Shown here one piece after another: positions 18,198 to 28,500 of a stretch of DNA of 36,861 nt; position 1 is the stretch's first letter; every line of letters begins with the position of its first letter. The stretch lies in sequence record SRR31156797_3935. The stretch is one strand, 5' to 3'. The position numbers were made by a program, and so were the translations under genes. The notes beneath the pieces were generated by a model. The model saw only the letters and a list, made by a program, of their open reading frames with translations. It searched no databases and was not told where the DNA came from.

Positions 18198-18410
18198 TTT
18201 GAACCTCCTATCAACATAACTTAATTGCATACACAGATAGTAATACTAAATAAATACTTTGTGCTATTTTACGAGTTAGACTTACATTTGAGTAATAACA
18301 AATTGTACTATAGTAGAGATTGATCTTAAAAAGACAAGTATGAATTGTAGAAGCAAATCTTTTTTATCATAAACATGGATAGAAAGAAGAAACGATTCCG
18401 GATAATCCCC

Positions 18411-19385
18411 ATGACAAAATATTCACCCATTATTGCTGCAAAAGCTGTCTGGCAGATGCAAATAAGAAAACGGCCTTTCGTACTTTCCCACGCCATAAAT
18501 TCCAGATGCAATATGAAATGCTCTTTTTGCGAATACTGGAAAACAGAAGGTGAGGAGATGGAACTTGAAGAGACATTCAGGCTGCTTGATGAAGCAAGGG
18601 CATTTGGGATACTCGTTTACAATGCATGGACCGTAGAGCCTCTTTTGAGAGAGGATCTGCCTGAGATACTGGGCCATGCAAAACAACTGGGAATGGTCAC
18701 TTCACTGATAACCAACGGACTTTTACTGGAAAAAAGGATAGATGAACTGAAAGACCTTGATTACCTTTCAGTATCTGTGGACGGGACTTCCAGTTACAGG
18801 GACATAAGAGGAGTCAGCCTTGACAGAATAATGCCCGGCATCATAAAAGCAAAAAGTGTGATGAAGAATCCCCTGCTCATGAACTGCGTCATCAGCGGTA
18901 AAAATCTTGATGATATTGAAGAACTCATTACCATGGCAAAGGATCTGGATGTTAAGATATCATTTGAACCCATGTATGAATTTCAGGGCATAGAGAAGGA
19001 TACCTGGGAAAACATGGGAATAAGGGATACCGAAAAATATCGCAGAACTGTTGACAGGATAATGGAAATGAAGAAAGAAGGTAATCCAATCATCAATTCC
19101 TATAGCTACCTGAAAATGGTCAGAGACCTGAAACCTGAATTCACATGCCACGCCAACGATATTATTCTCAATGTGACAGCAGACGGCAATGTTGAGAACT
19201 GCAGAGTAATACGCAATCCCATCGGACACATCAGTGAAGGTATTGAGAACTTATGGGAAAGAACAAAGAAAATCAGGAAAGATACTGCAAGTAATTGTAA
19301 CAAATGTCTTTTCTTCGGTTACGTTGAAAACAGCCTGATGTATAACTTTAACCTTGAAGTTGCCCGCAATTATGAGTGGATGTGA
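18411..19385 (+). CDS. Radical SAM protein with a SPASM/twitch-like C-terminus, unknown function
   Basis: CNMKCSFC (CX3CX2C), ITNG, VSVDG and a C-terminal C...C...CNKC; alternative start at 18375. Confidence 0.88.
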   Translation: MTKYSPIIAAKAVWQMQIRKRPFVLSHAINSRCNMKCSFCEYWKTEGEEMELEETFRLLDEARAFGILVYNAWTVEPLLREDLPEILGHAKQLGMVTSLITNGLLLEKRIDELKDLDYLSVSVDGTSSYRDIRGVSLDRIMPGIIKAKSVMKNPLLMNCVISGKNLDDIEELITMAKDLDVKISFEPMYEFQGIEKDTWENMGIRDTEKYRRTVDRIMEMKKEGNPIINSYSYLKMVRDLKPEFTCHANDIILNVTADGNVENCRVIRNPIGHISEGIENLWERTKKIRKDTASNCNKCLFFGYVENSLMYNFNLEVARNYEWM

Positions 19386-19431
19386 TCGCCAGTATTCCTG
19401 ACATTATGGCTGGAAAAGAAAGATGCCATAA

Positions 19432-20211
19432 TCAACTTCCCCTTATAATTCTTATTGTAATCTCATTGCCATTGTTCAGATGTAGCAGCTTTGATGCACT
19501 TCCCTGATTAACAGACATCTCCAGAAAACCGTGGCTTCCGACAAGTGAAAGAAGCGTTCCTTTTGAAACCTCCCCGTATGTCTTCAAAAAAGGCATCTGT
19601 CGTCCGGATATCGAAAGAAGATCATTTTCATGCATATTTTCAAGAAACTTTTCACCGGGTAAATTGGTAACTATATTGCCAAAACTATCAATATATACTA
19701 CTTTTGCACGAATTAAATCATCCCCGATAGAGTATTCCGAGATATTGAGAGAGACATATTCATCAACAGGATCACCTATTTCTTCAAGTTCCATCCCCCT
19801 TGACAGATACGCAGCTATCGGTGCAAAAATATCCCTCCCATGAAAAGTCGAGGATACTTCACCAGAAAGCATCTCGGAATTGATCTCATATACCCCTAAA
19901 TCACCCAGAAGCTCAGCTGCCGGCATAAGCAGACCATTGTCAGGGCCTACAAGATACTGCTCTCCTGCCCGAATCACTATGGCTTTTCTACCTGTGCCCA
20001 CACCCGGGTCAATAACACCGACATGTACCGTCCCAGGTGGATAAAATCTTACAACAGAATGCATTGCAAGGGCACCTGCCAGAATATCAGTCGGTGGGAT
20101 AGAATGTGTTATATCGACAATAGTGACATCAGGGTTTATACTGAGTATAACCCCTTTCATAGATGCAGGATAAAGATATCCGAAATCTGTGGTGAGGGTA
20201 ATTACAGACAT
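19432..20211 (-). CDS. SAM hydroxide adenosyltransferase (DUF62; SAM-dependent chlorinase/fluorinase family)
   Basis: ITLTTDFG, DITH, VIDPGVGT, GPDNG, STFHGRDIF and DSFGN motifs; start set at ATG 20211. Confidence 0.92.
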   Translation of the reverse strand: MSVITLTTDFGYLYPASMKGVILSINPDVTIVDITHSIPPTDILAGALAMHSVVRFYPPGTVHVGVIDPGVGTGRKAIVIRAGEQYLVGPDNGLLMPAAELLGDLGVYEINSEMLSGEVSSTFHGRDIFAPIAAYLSRGMELEEIGDPVDEYVSLNISEYSIGDDLIRAKVVYIDSFGNIVTNLPGEKFLENMHENDLLSISGRQMPFLKTYGEVSKGTLLSLVGSHGFLEMSVNQGSASKLLHLNNGNEITIRIIRGS

Positions 20212-20347
20212 AAAAAGAAGTTTGAAACTACTGCTATAAAACAGATACTGAAAAATCACATTACAAAGCTCAGCATTGCAACTGGGTCAAGTGTAAAAAA
20301 TATAGAAGCATGGAAAAAATGAAAGAAGCAAGATAATGCCAGAGGCA

Positions 20348-21637
20348 TTACTTGCAAAGATCGTAGTTCTGGTTTACGATCTTAAGAGCGCAGAAGTCAC
20401 CGCACATTGTACATGCATCTTCGTCTGCTGAAGCTCTCTCGGTTCTGATCTTTCTTGCGAGTTCCGGATCGAGTGCGAGCTTGAACTGTGCTTCCCAGTC
20501 AAGTTTTGCGCGTGCTCTGCCCATTGCAAGGTCAACTTCACGAGCTGTTTCTGGGTACTTAACCATGTCACCAACATGAGCTGCTATCTTTGATGTCTTG
20601 ACACCTTCAATAACATCTTCAAGGTTTGGAAGAGCAAGGTGTTCTGCTGGTGTAACGTAACAGAGGAAGTCACAGCCTGCTGCTGCAGAAGCTGATGCAC
20701 CGATGGCTGTTACGATGTGGTCACGACCTGCACCGATATCAGATACCAGTGGACCGAGCATGTAGAATGGTTTTCCACCGCTCATTGCTTTCATGAGCTT
20801 GACATTTGTCTCTACCTGGTCAAGTGGTACATGACCTGGTCCTTCTACGATTACCTGAAGGTCGTACTTGTCATGTGCTTTCTGTGCGCATTCGGAGTTG
20901 ATGATGAGTTCCTGAACCTGTGCTCTGTCGGTTGCATCTGCAACTGCACCTGCACGCATTCCGTTACCTGTTGAAAGGGTAACTTCGTGTTCCTTGAGGA
21001 TCTCACAAAGGTAATCGAAGTCTTCATAAAGTGGGTTTTCCTTCTCGTTGTGCAGCATCCATGTGCTCATGAATGCACCGCCACGGGAACAGAGACCACC
21101 GAATCTGCCGTGTGCCTTCAATCTGTCAAGGACAATATTGTTAACACCTGTGTGGATAGCCATGAAGTTTGTACCGAGCTTTGCCTGCTCCTCGGTTGCG
21201 TGCCAGAGGTCGTCCTCTGTCATGTGGACAATAGAACCGTCTCTCTTTGCTGCTGTGATGAATGCCTGATAGAGTGGAACTGAACCTACTGGAAGAGAAA
21301 TTGCGTCACATACAGCTTTCCTGATACCAAGGAAATCTCCACCGGTACCGAGCTCCATAAGTGTGTCTGCACCTGCTGCCTCTGCTGCCTTTGCTTTCTT
21401 TACTTCCATGTCAAGGTCAACGATGTCTGATGATGCACCAATAGATGCGTTTACCTTAGTTGTAAGACCTTCGCCCATACCACAGATTTTTATGTCTCTG
21501 TATGGAGTCATTGGAATTACAATCCTACCTGCAGCGATACCACGTCTTATGAATTCAGGATCTTTGCCTTCGTTCTGGGCAACGATCTTCATCTCTTCTG
21601 TGATCTTACCATTTTTTGCATCTGTTACTATTGTCAT
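20348..21637 (-). CDS. thiC: ThiC-family radical SAM enzyme (usually annotated phosphomethylpyrimidine synthase; signatures favour 5-hydroxybenzimidazole synthase BzaF)
   Basis: TKVNASIG, ENPLYE, EGPGHVP, CYVTPAEHL and C-terminal CTMCGDFC; TLMEL and GNGMRAG variants. Confidence 0.9.
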   Translation of the reverse strand: MTIVTDAKNGKITEEMKIVAQNEGKDPEFIRRGIAAGRIVIPMTPYRDIKICGMGEGLTTKVNASIGASSDIVDLDMEVKKAKAAEAAGADTLMELGTGGDFLGIRKAVCDAISLPVGSVPLYQAFITAAKRDGSIVHMTEDDLWHATEEQAKLGTNFMAIHTGVNNIVLDRLKAHGRFGGLCSRGGAFMSTWMLHNEKENPLYEDFDYLCEILKEHEVTLSTGNGMRAGAVADATDRAQVQELIINSECAQKAHDKYDLQVIVEGPGHVPLDQVETNVKLMKAMSGGKPFYMLGPLVSDIGAGRDHIVTAIGASASAAAGCDFLCYVTPAEHLALPNLEDVIEGVKTSKIAAHVGDMVKYPETAREVDLAMGRARAKLDWEAQFKLALDPELARKIRTERASADEDACTMCGDFCALKIVNQNYDLCK

Positions 21638-21950
21638 GTTTATACCTCAAGTTTGGATGTAACCTACAATAACCAAATCGTATATAATGTTTGTCAAAAA
21701 ATAAACTTTAGATAAAGTCAAGTTAACTTTATAGATGCGGATTATATATTGAAAGGTAATGTTTTGCAATAAAGAAAGAAGTGATGAATGGGACACAGCC
21801 AGCATTATAAAACTGCTAAAGAATAATATGCAAGAAATAAAACAATAATATAGAACAAATAAATTTGTTTTTACAAGAGTTATTCACACCGTGAATAAAT
21901 GAAGATATACAAGTAAAAAAGTGGTTAAAATGACAGAATATCATTCCTTC

Positions 21951-22862
21951 TTACTTTTCACTGATCTTCCTTAAAAGACGCATATTCTCCCTGTGAAGAG
22001 AAACAATAAGATCACTCAACATTCCGAAAACAAACATCTGAAAACCTGCTATTATAAGAAGAGCCGTAAGAATAGTCATAGGTATACGTGTGACACCCTG
22101 GAACCACTCAATAACTACGTAAGTACCAGTAAACAGACCGGACAGAATGAATGCACCGCCGATGATACCAAAATAGAACATCGGATTGTGAAGCCTTGCC
22201 ATCTTGTAAATGGTGGAACCGATTCTCCATCCATCCTGAAGAGGATTTAGCTTGGTGGCACCCTCTGAATGTCGTGCAAGGTACGTTGTCGGAACTTCCT
22301 CAATACGTAAATCTTTCTTTACACTCTCAATGGTTATCTCGGACTCAACCTCAAATCCCATTTTCTTCAGTTCGAATGACTTTATAGCCTTTTTATTGAA
22401 AGCCCGATAACCGGTAAGGATATCGTCAAGCCAGACACCATAGGCCATTCCAAACATTTTGTTTATAACCTTGTTTCCGATGAGATTCAGCCTGGTAAAA
22501 GCACCTTTTTCATAATCAACCAGCCGGTTTCCCATGACATGGTCTGCCTTTCCTTCGACAACCGGATCAAGAACAGCATGAACATCCTTTGCAAGGTTTG
22601 TGCCATCGGCATCTGCCATAACAATGTAATCTTCATCGATTAACTCAAAAGCCTGTTTAATCGCCTGGCCCTTGCCCTTGCCCGTCTGGACCACCACAGC
22701 AGCGCCTTCAGCCTCAGCTATTTCACGTGTTCGATCCTTGCTGTTACCGTCGATCACAAGTATATTGTCAAAACCTTCCGAGCGGAAGTCCCGGATGACC
22801 TGAGCGATGGTAGCCTCTTCGTTTAAAGCAGGCAATAAAATACAGACATTCTCGTTTGTCAT
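21951..22862 (-). CDS. aglJ: GT2 glycosyltransferase AglJ (dolichol-phosphate glycosylation, S-layer N-glycosylation)
   Basis: VCILLPALNEE, IDGNSKD, QTGKGKGQA, DAD motif, TKLNPLQDG and two C-terminal TM helices. Confidence 0.85.
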   Translation of the reverse strand: MTNENVCILLPALNEEATIAQVIRDFRSEGFDNILVIDGNSKDRTREIAEAEGAAVVVQTGKGKGQAIKQAFELIDEDYIVMADADGTNLAKDVHAVLDPVVEGKADHVMGNRLVDYEKGAFTRLNLIGNKVINKMFGMAYGVWLDDILTGYRAFNKKAIKSFELKKMGFEVESEITIESVKKDLRIEEVPTTYLARHSEGATKLNPLQDGWRIGSTIYKMARLHNPMFYFGIIGGAFILSGLFTGTYVVIEWFQGVTRIPMTILTALLIIAGFQMFVFGMLSDLIVSLHRENMRLLRKISEK

Positions 22863-22888
22863 TGAATATAAAATATAAATAATAGGTC

Positions 22889-23440
22889 TTAAAGCAGACC
22901 CATGCTGTCAAGCTGCTGCCTTACGACTTCAACACCCTGTTCACAATTTTCAGGAGATTTACCACCAGTAACAACAAGCTTTCCGGAACTGAAAATAAGT
23001 ACTACGACCTTAGGATCGTCAATACGGTAAACAAGACCAGGGAATTGTTCCGGCTCATATTCGATATTTTCAAGACCAAGACCGATTGCAATAGCATTGA
23101 GGTTAAGAACTGCCTGCAGGTCTGCAGATGCAACAATATTCTGTACTGTGATCTCAGGGTCTTTTATTGTCTTTATTCCAATGTCATTAAGTTTCTGTGC
23201 CATATTGCCTATGACAGTATGAACATCAGCTACATTCTTTGCACCGGTACATACAACCTTACCGGAAGTAAATACAAGAAATGCGGCTTTGGGGTCAGAT
23301 ACACGGTAAACAAGACCAGGGAACTTCTGTTTATTATATTCCGCGCCCTCAAATTCAGCTTCTATCTTAGTAAGATCGAACTCTTCTGCAAGCTTGGTAG
23401 ATGCGACCACATTTTCAATTTTGATATTGTAATCTGACAT
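22889..23440 (-). CDS. tbp: TATA-box-binding protein
   Basis: Two repeats: ENVVAS...FPGLVYR...[10 protein letters not shown] and QNIVAS...[12 protein letters not shown]...[10 protein letters not shown]. Confidence 0.98.
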   Translation of the reverse strand: MSDYNIKIENVVASTKLAEEFDLTKIEAEFEGAEYNKQKFPGLVYRVSDPKAAFLVFTSGKVVCTGAKNVADVHTVIGNMAQKLNDIGIKTIKDPEITVQNIVASADLQAVLNLNAIAIGLGLENIEYEPEQFPGLVYRIDDPKVVVLIFSSGKLVVTGGKSPENCEQGVEVVRQQLDSMGLL

Positions 23441-23582
23441 AGTATAATCCTCATATTTAAAGCAGGTTGCTTATATTAAGCAATTCACTATATAAGCTTA
23501 TACCCTCTTGCTTATATAGGTATTTAAAATAAAGCATCAAATGAGAAAAGTAACAGGAAATTCAGGCTACTTTTTCTTTTTG

Positions 23583-24701
23583 CTAGTTCTCTTCCAGTTT
23601 TTTAAGTCCATCTATAACAGCATCGTACTTACTACATACCCGGTCCAGCAGATCCCCATCCATATTCCGGTGAGTCGGAATAAGAATGTCAGCACCTTCT
23701 GAAACTTCAACGCCTTCTGAGGACTTACCATAATCAGGAGCTATTTTTATCCCTGTTGAAGACACACCAAGACGCAAATCACTGACAATGCGCGCAACCA
23801 TATCTGTGGCAGGCTGAACTTTCTTGCTTATGACAAGTGCCTTTGAAACATACCTTTCCTTGAGTTCAGCTATTGACTCGATACTTGACTTCACCATTTC
23901 CGGGTCGCCGACATTCTCAAGAAGCCTGATGGAATCAACCAGATCATCAAATGTGGTGGAACTTACCTCAATTATCTCGCCATCATAGTGTTTGCTGACC
24001 TTTTCAGCATATCCTTTTGAGATAACCATTTTGTAAACATCTTCAAGTTCATCAAGTTCCTCTTCAGTAGGATCATATGCATTAATGACCTTGTATTCTC
24101 TGATGCCGCACAACTCCATGAGCGACATATACATAGGAGTAACACCAATGAATCTCCTGCCAAGCCATTTGTTAAGGCCGCTCTGTCCGCTCTGCAGGCG
24201 GGACAGTTCAACTATCTTCTTCTTCACAAGCTCGGGATCATTGGAGTCAAGCCCGAAGTAATCTGCAAAAAGAGGAGTAGTACTGAGTATTTTCGTTCTG
24301 CCATGAGGGTGTGCTTCAACAAAGCCTCTTTCCTTCAGCTCCCGTATGTGATCATAAGCAGAGTTACCCCTCATATCAACCAAGTCAGACTGGACTAGAG
24401 GCTGATGATATGCAATCATGGAGAGTGTACGCAACATAGGAGCACTAAGCTCCTTTGGAGCAAAGGGCCTTACCATATCAGTGTACTTTGGCTTAACCTG
24501 CATTACGTAGCGTTCACCAAGATCAATTATTTCAATACCAGATTCCCGTGAAGAATACTCGTTTACAAGTTCAAGAGCAATAGGAATAACCTGTTTCTTT
24601 TTCTTACCAGTGAGCTTTGCCAGAGTTGTAGCATCAATAGCACCCCCGGCAGCAAAAAGTGCTGCTTCGATGACTTCCTTGTCACTCAGATTCTGATTCA
24701 T
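23583..24701 (-). CDS. scpB: Segregation and condensation protein ScpB with an extra C-terminal domain
   Basis: IEAALFAAG, LRTLSMIAYHQP, RG and TTPLFADYFGL core, followed by about 190 additional aa; alternative GTG start at 24713. Confidence 0.92.
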   Translation of the reverse strand: MNQNLSDKEVIEAALFAAGGAIDATTLAKLTGKKKKQVIPIALELVNEYSSRESGIEIIDLGERYVMQVKPKYTDMVRPFAPKELSAPMLRTLSMIAYHQPLVQSDLVDMRGNSAYDHIRELKERGFVEAHPHGRTKILSTTPLFADYFGLDSNDPELVKKKIVELSRLQSGQSGLNKWLGRRFIGVTPMYMSLMELCGIREYKVINAYDPTEEELDELEDVYKMVISKGYAEKVSKHYDGEIIEVSSTTFDDLVDSIRLLENVGDPEMVKSSIESIAELKERYVSKALVISKKVQPATDMVARIVSDLRLGVSSTGIKIAPDYGKSSEGVEVSEGADILIPTHRNMDGDLLDRVCSKYDAVIDGLKKLEEN

Positions 24702-24718
24702 AACCTGGAACACACCCC

Positions 24719-25552
24719 TTAAACAGCCCTTATGTCATGCTCAACCGGATAAACATATAATTCACCGAAAAGTTCCTTTTGCGTCAGCCAGACTTTTTTA
24801 TCAGTCGCAAGGAAAAGCAGTGAAACATAGGTCATGATATTCTCAGATCTGTCATCGGTCATCAGGTTGGATAGTAAAACACATTCATGTTCTTTGAATG
24901 ATTCAGTGAGCATCTCATCCATGTCCCTTACACGCCCAAGAATATCCTCCTCGTGGGCTATACCAAGAACCTCATCTGTGGTCACTGCAGACCTTTCTTC
25001 CAGTTTACGATGGACACTGCGATCCTTCCTTCTGGTCTCGACTTTTTCAGCCTTGCGCAGCTCAACAATAAGCTCCTGGAGAGTTACAGGACGCGTGGCC
25101 CTGCGGCGGATAGGAAGTTTTGGAACCGGGTACTCATCCACTTCATAGAAGTCCAGCTCAGCATCAAACATCTCGAAATCATCTTCTTCCTCCTCTTCCT
25201 GGACTATACCAGTGGATTTCATACGAAGAAGAATTGCCGCATAGAGAAGTGTCCTGCCTGATATGCGAAGATCCAGCATTTCCATTACTTCAATGCGCTC
25301 AAGGAACATGTCGGTAACGTTGACAAGATCAATATCCCATGGATTGATAGCACCGTCCTTTGCAAGATTCATGAGAATTTCTACAGGCTCACTTAGCACA
25401 TCTTCCGGGAACTCCAGAAGAGATTCATCCACACCCAGGCCCCTAAGGGTCTCTACAAATTCCGGGTCAATTGTGCATGGTAATGAAACACCGGTTACCT
25501 GGCTAATGTCAACGGCCTGGATTATCTCCACTTCTTCTGCTGCTTCGTTCAA
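24719..25552 (-). CDS. scpA: Segregation and condensation protein ScpA (kleisin)
   Basis: INPWDIDL, LLYAAILLRMKS, RPVTLQELI and SLLFLA...Q.ELFGEL motifs; TTGA overlap with the smc stop. Confidence 0.93.
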   Translation of the reverse strand: MNEAAEEVEIIQAVDISQVTGVSLPCTIDPEFVETLRGLGVDESLLEFPEDVLSEPVEILMNLAKDGAINPWDIDLVNVTDMFLERIEVMEMLDLRISGRTLLYAAILLRMKSTGIVQEEEEEDDFEMFDAELDFYEVDEYPVPKLPIRRRATRPVTLQELIVELRKAEKVETRRKDRSVHRKLEERSAVTTDEVLGIAHEEDILGRVRDMDEMLTESFKEHECVLLSNLMTDDRSENIMTYVSLLFLATDKKVWLTQKELFGELYVYPVEHDIRAV

Positions 25553-28500
25553 CGTAGTTTCACACCCGTAATGCTTGTAATGTTATTTTCCTGCATTGCA
25601 ACACCAATAGTACGCTCTGCAGCCTCTATCATTGGTTTTCTTAGGGAGACAACAATGAATTGCGCATTGGAAACGGCCTTTTTTACACGCTGGGCAACTT
25701 TGCCTGCATTTGCACCGTCAAGGAACATGTCTATTTCATCAAAGGCATAGAAAGGTGCCGGCCTGTACTGCTGGATAGCAAATACAAAAGACAGGGCAGT
25801 AAGACTCTTTTCTCCTCCTGACATGGCTTCCAGGCGTTGAAGGGTCTTTTCCTTGGGCTGTGCCTTTAATGTCAGACCACCTGCAAACGGATCTTCATAA
25901 TTATCAAGTACAAGCTCACCAATTCCATCGGAAAGTTCATTGAATATCTCCTTGAAAGGAGCATTTATTCCATCATATGTTTCCATGAAAGTGTCCTTTT
26001 TGAGTTGCTCATACTGCTTTATCCTCTCAAGGATCTGCTCCCTTTCAGTGGAAAGGGTATCACGTCTTGAAACAAGGTCATCAAGCCTGCCTTCCACTTC
26101 GTCATATTCGTCAATTGCACGCATATTAACAGGTTCGAGACGTTCCATTGCCTTTTCAATGGAAGCTATTCTGGTGCGTACCGTTTCATAATTAGGAACT
26201 TCCTCGGACTCCTCAATACCACGCCTATGGATCTCTTCTGCCAGTTCGGTAACCTGTTCATCAAGGGCTTCCTTTGTGGCCTTTAGCGCCATCATTTGCC
26301 TGTTGCCGTCATCAAACCTTACCCTTACCTTATCAAATTCCTTCTTTGCAGCCTCAAGTCCCTCATGCAGATGGGCACGTTCCTGCTGCAATTCCTTTAA
26401 CTCATCGGCAAGCTCGTTTTCACGTTGCTGTTTTTCCCTGAGTGTTTCCTCAAGTTCTGTGATCTTATCCCTGAGTTCAGACACACGTTTTTTGTGATTT
26501 GTCTTGTTCTCGTCCATGGATTTGATAAGATCCCTGTTCTCCTCAGTCTTTGAATTTGCATAATCACGATCAAGATTCAGTGCGTTCAGTGTTGAATCAA
26601 TATCCCTTACACGACCATCCAGGCGTCTAATCTCTGCATCAAGCTGTTCTGCCTGCCTGTTAAGTTCGGGAACCTCAGACCCTGCAAGCTTTTCTTCCAG
26701 AACTTCAATATCCTTTTCAAGTGAGATGACAAGCTCTTCTTTCTCCTGCTTACTTTCGACGGTCTTTTCCATCTCTTCCCTGAGTTCCTTGCGTGAATCC
26801 TCGATATCCACAAGTTCCTGGGCCTTGGTTTCAATGAGCTGGGTAAGGCGCTCGCCCCTGCCTGCAATCTCATCTATGAACATCTGTTTCTTGGAGATCT
26901 CTTTGTCATGTTCGTGGATCTCATTGTTGATCTGTGAGATATGGCTTTCAACCTGATCCAGCTTCTTAATGGCATTGGAACGCTTTGAATCAAGCTCTGT
27001 AATCTTCTCAGCAATCTTTACAAGCTTGTCCTTTTCAGATGCTGCAAATGACAGACCCGCTTTCTGCTGCTGGGAACCTCCCACCATTGCACCGCTCTTT
27101 TCGATGACTTCACCCTCAAGAGTAACCATCCTTAAGCCTCCCATGAGACGACGGGCATTAGTGAGAGTGTCAACAATAACAGTATCCCTGAATACATACC
27201 AGAATGCAGCCTCGAATTTCTGATCAAAATCCACAAGGTCGATGGCATAACCCACAACGCCTTCCCTGTCTGAAAGGTCCTTATATGGCCTTCGGGAATC
27301 CATTTTATTCAGCGGTAGAAAAGTTGCTCTTCCACCTCTTCTCTGCTTAAGGAAAGAAATAGCACGGGAAGCATCCTCATCATTCTCAACGACCACTGCC
27401 TGCATACGTCCACCTGCGGCAATTCCAAGGGCATTGGAATACTTCTGGTCAACGCTTCCAAGTTCCGCAATGGTTCCGTAGATTCCAGGAAGTCCATGGT
27501 GCTTTTTCTCATTCATCACCATGTCTACTGATTTGGAATATCTGCTATGGTCCTCTGCTGCCCGCACACGCATCTCAATTCGTGCATAATCATTCTGATG
27601 TACTCGAAGTTCTTCCTCGAATTCCTTTACAATTGTCTTTAACTGGGAACGGTTGCTTTCAAGGTCATCAATATCCTTTGTCAGAGCATCAATCTTCTCA
27701 TTGAGCTTCTCAATATCATATTCCACAGATTTAGTGTCACTATCCGAGGATTCTGATTTTGATTTTGCATCTGCGATCTCACTTTCAATATCCCTGACCT
27801 CTGCGGATTTGCGCCTCAGTGCATCAAGCAGGCGGTCTTCCTGACGCATGAGCTCGTTCTTCTCATCCTTTACAGTTTCAAGATTAGATTTAAGACTGCT
27901 GAGCTCATCCCTTGTCTGGGCGAATTTGGCATCCACATCCGCAATCTTGCTTTGAAGCAGCATGCGTTCGGTCTTGCGCTCAGACATCTCTGCAAGGATG
28001 CTTTCCTTGCGCATTGTTTCTTCGGATATCTTTGAATCAAGCTCTTCAAGCTTGCCTTTTATTTCATCGATTTCGACGAATAGTTTCCTGCGCCTTGATT
28101 CGACATCTTCCATTTCCTTTTCGGAAAGCTCAATGGTATCAACGCATCTCGAGACTTCACCTCTAATACCTTCGATGTCCTTTTTGATACGGATCTGCTC
28201 GTCCTCACCCATCTTCTGGATGTTGAGGGTCATTTCCTCAAGCTCCTGTTCAAGCTTTTCAACATCGAGCTTTTTAGTCTCAAGGTTAAGTTCCAGTTTG
28301 CCAAGAACCTCTTCCTTGGCCAGGATATCATCAGCAACTGACAGAAGTTCGGTCTTTGCATCCTTGAGCTTTGCAAGCAACACAAAACCCTCGAACTTCA
28401 TCTTCTCTTCTTTCAGAGACTGGTATTTGAGAGCCTGGTCACGCTCGGTCTTAAGCTTTCCAAGCTGCTGGCCTACCTCTTCTATGATTATGTCAACCCT

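Noticed and set aside
19432..20211. Fluorinase or chlorinase activity
   Set aside because: The FHGRD motif and methanogen context fit the common DUF62 SAM hydrolase; nothing points to halogenation.
21638..21950. TPP or cobalamin riboswitch upstream of thiC/bzaF
   Set aside because: AT-rich spacer without the conserved cores, and the TATA box is too close to the ATG; the hairpin at 21880-21898 more likely ends the aglJ transcript.
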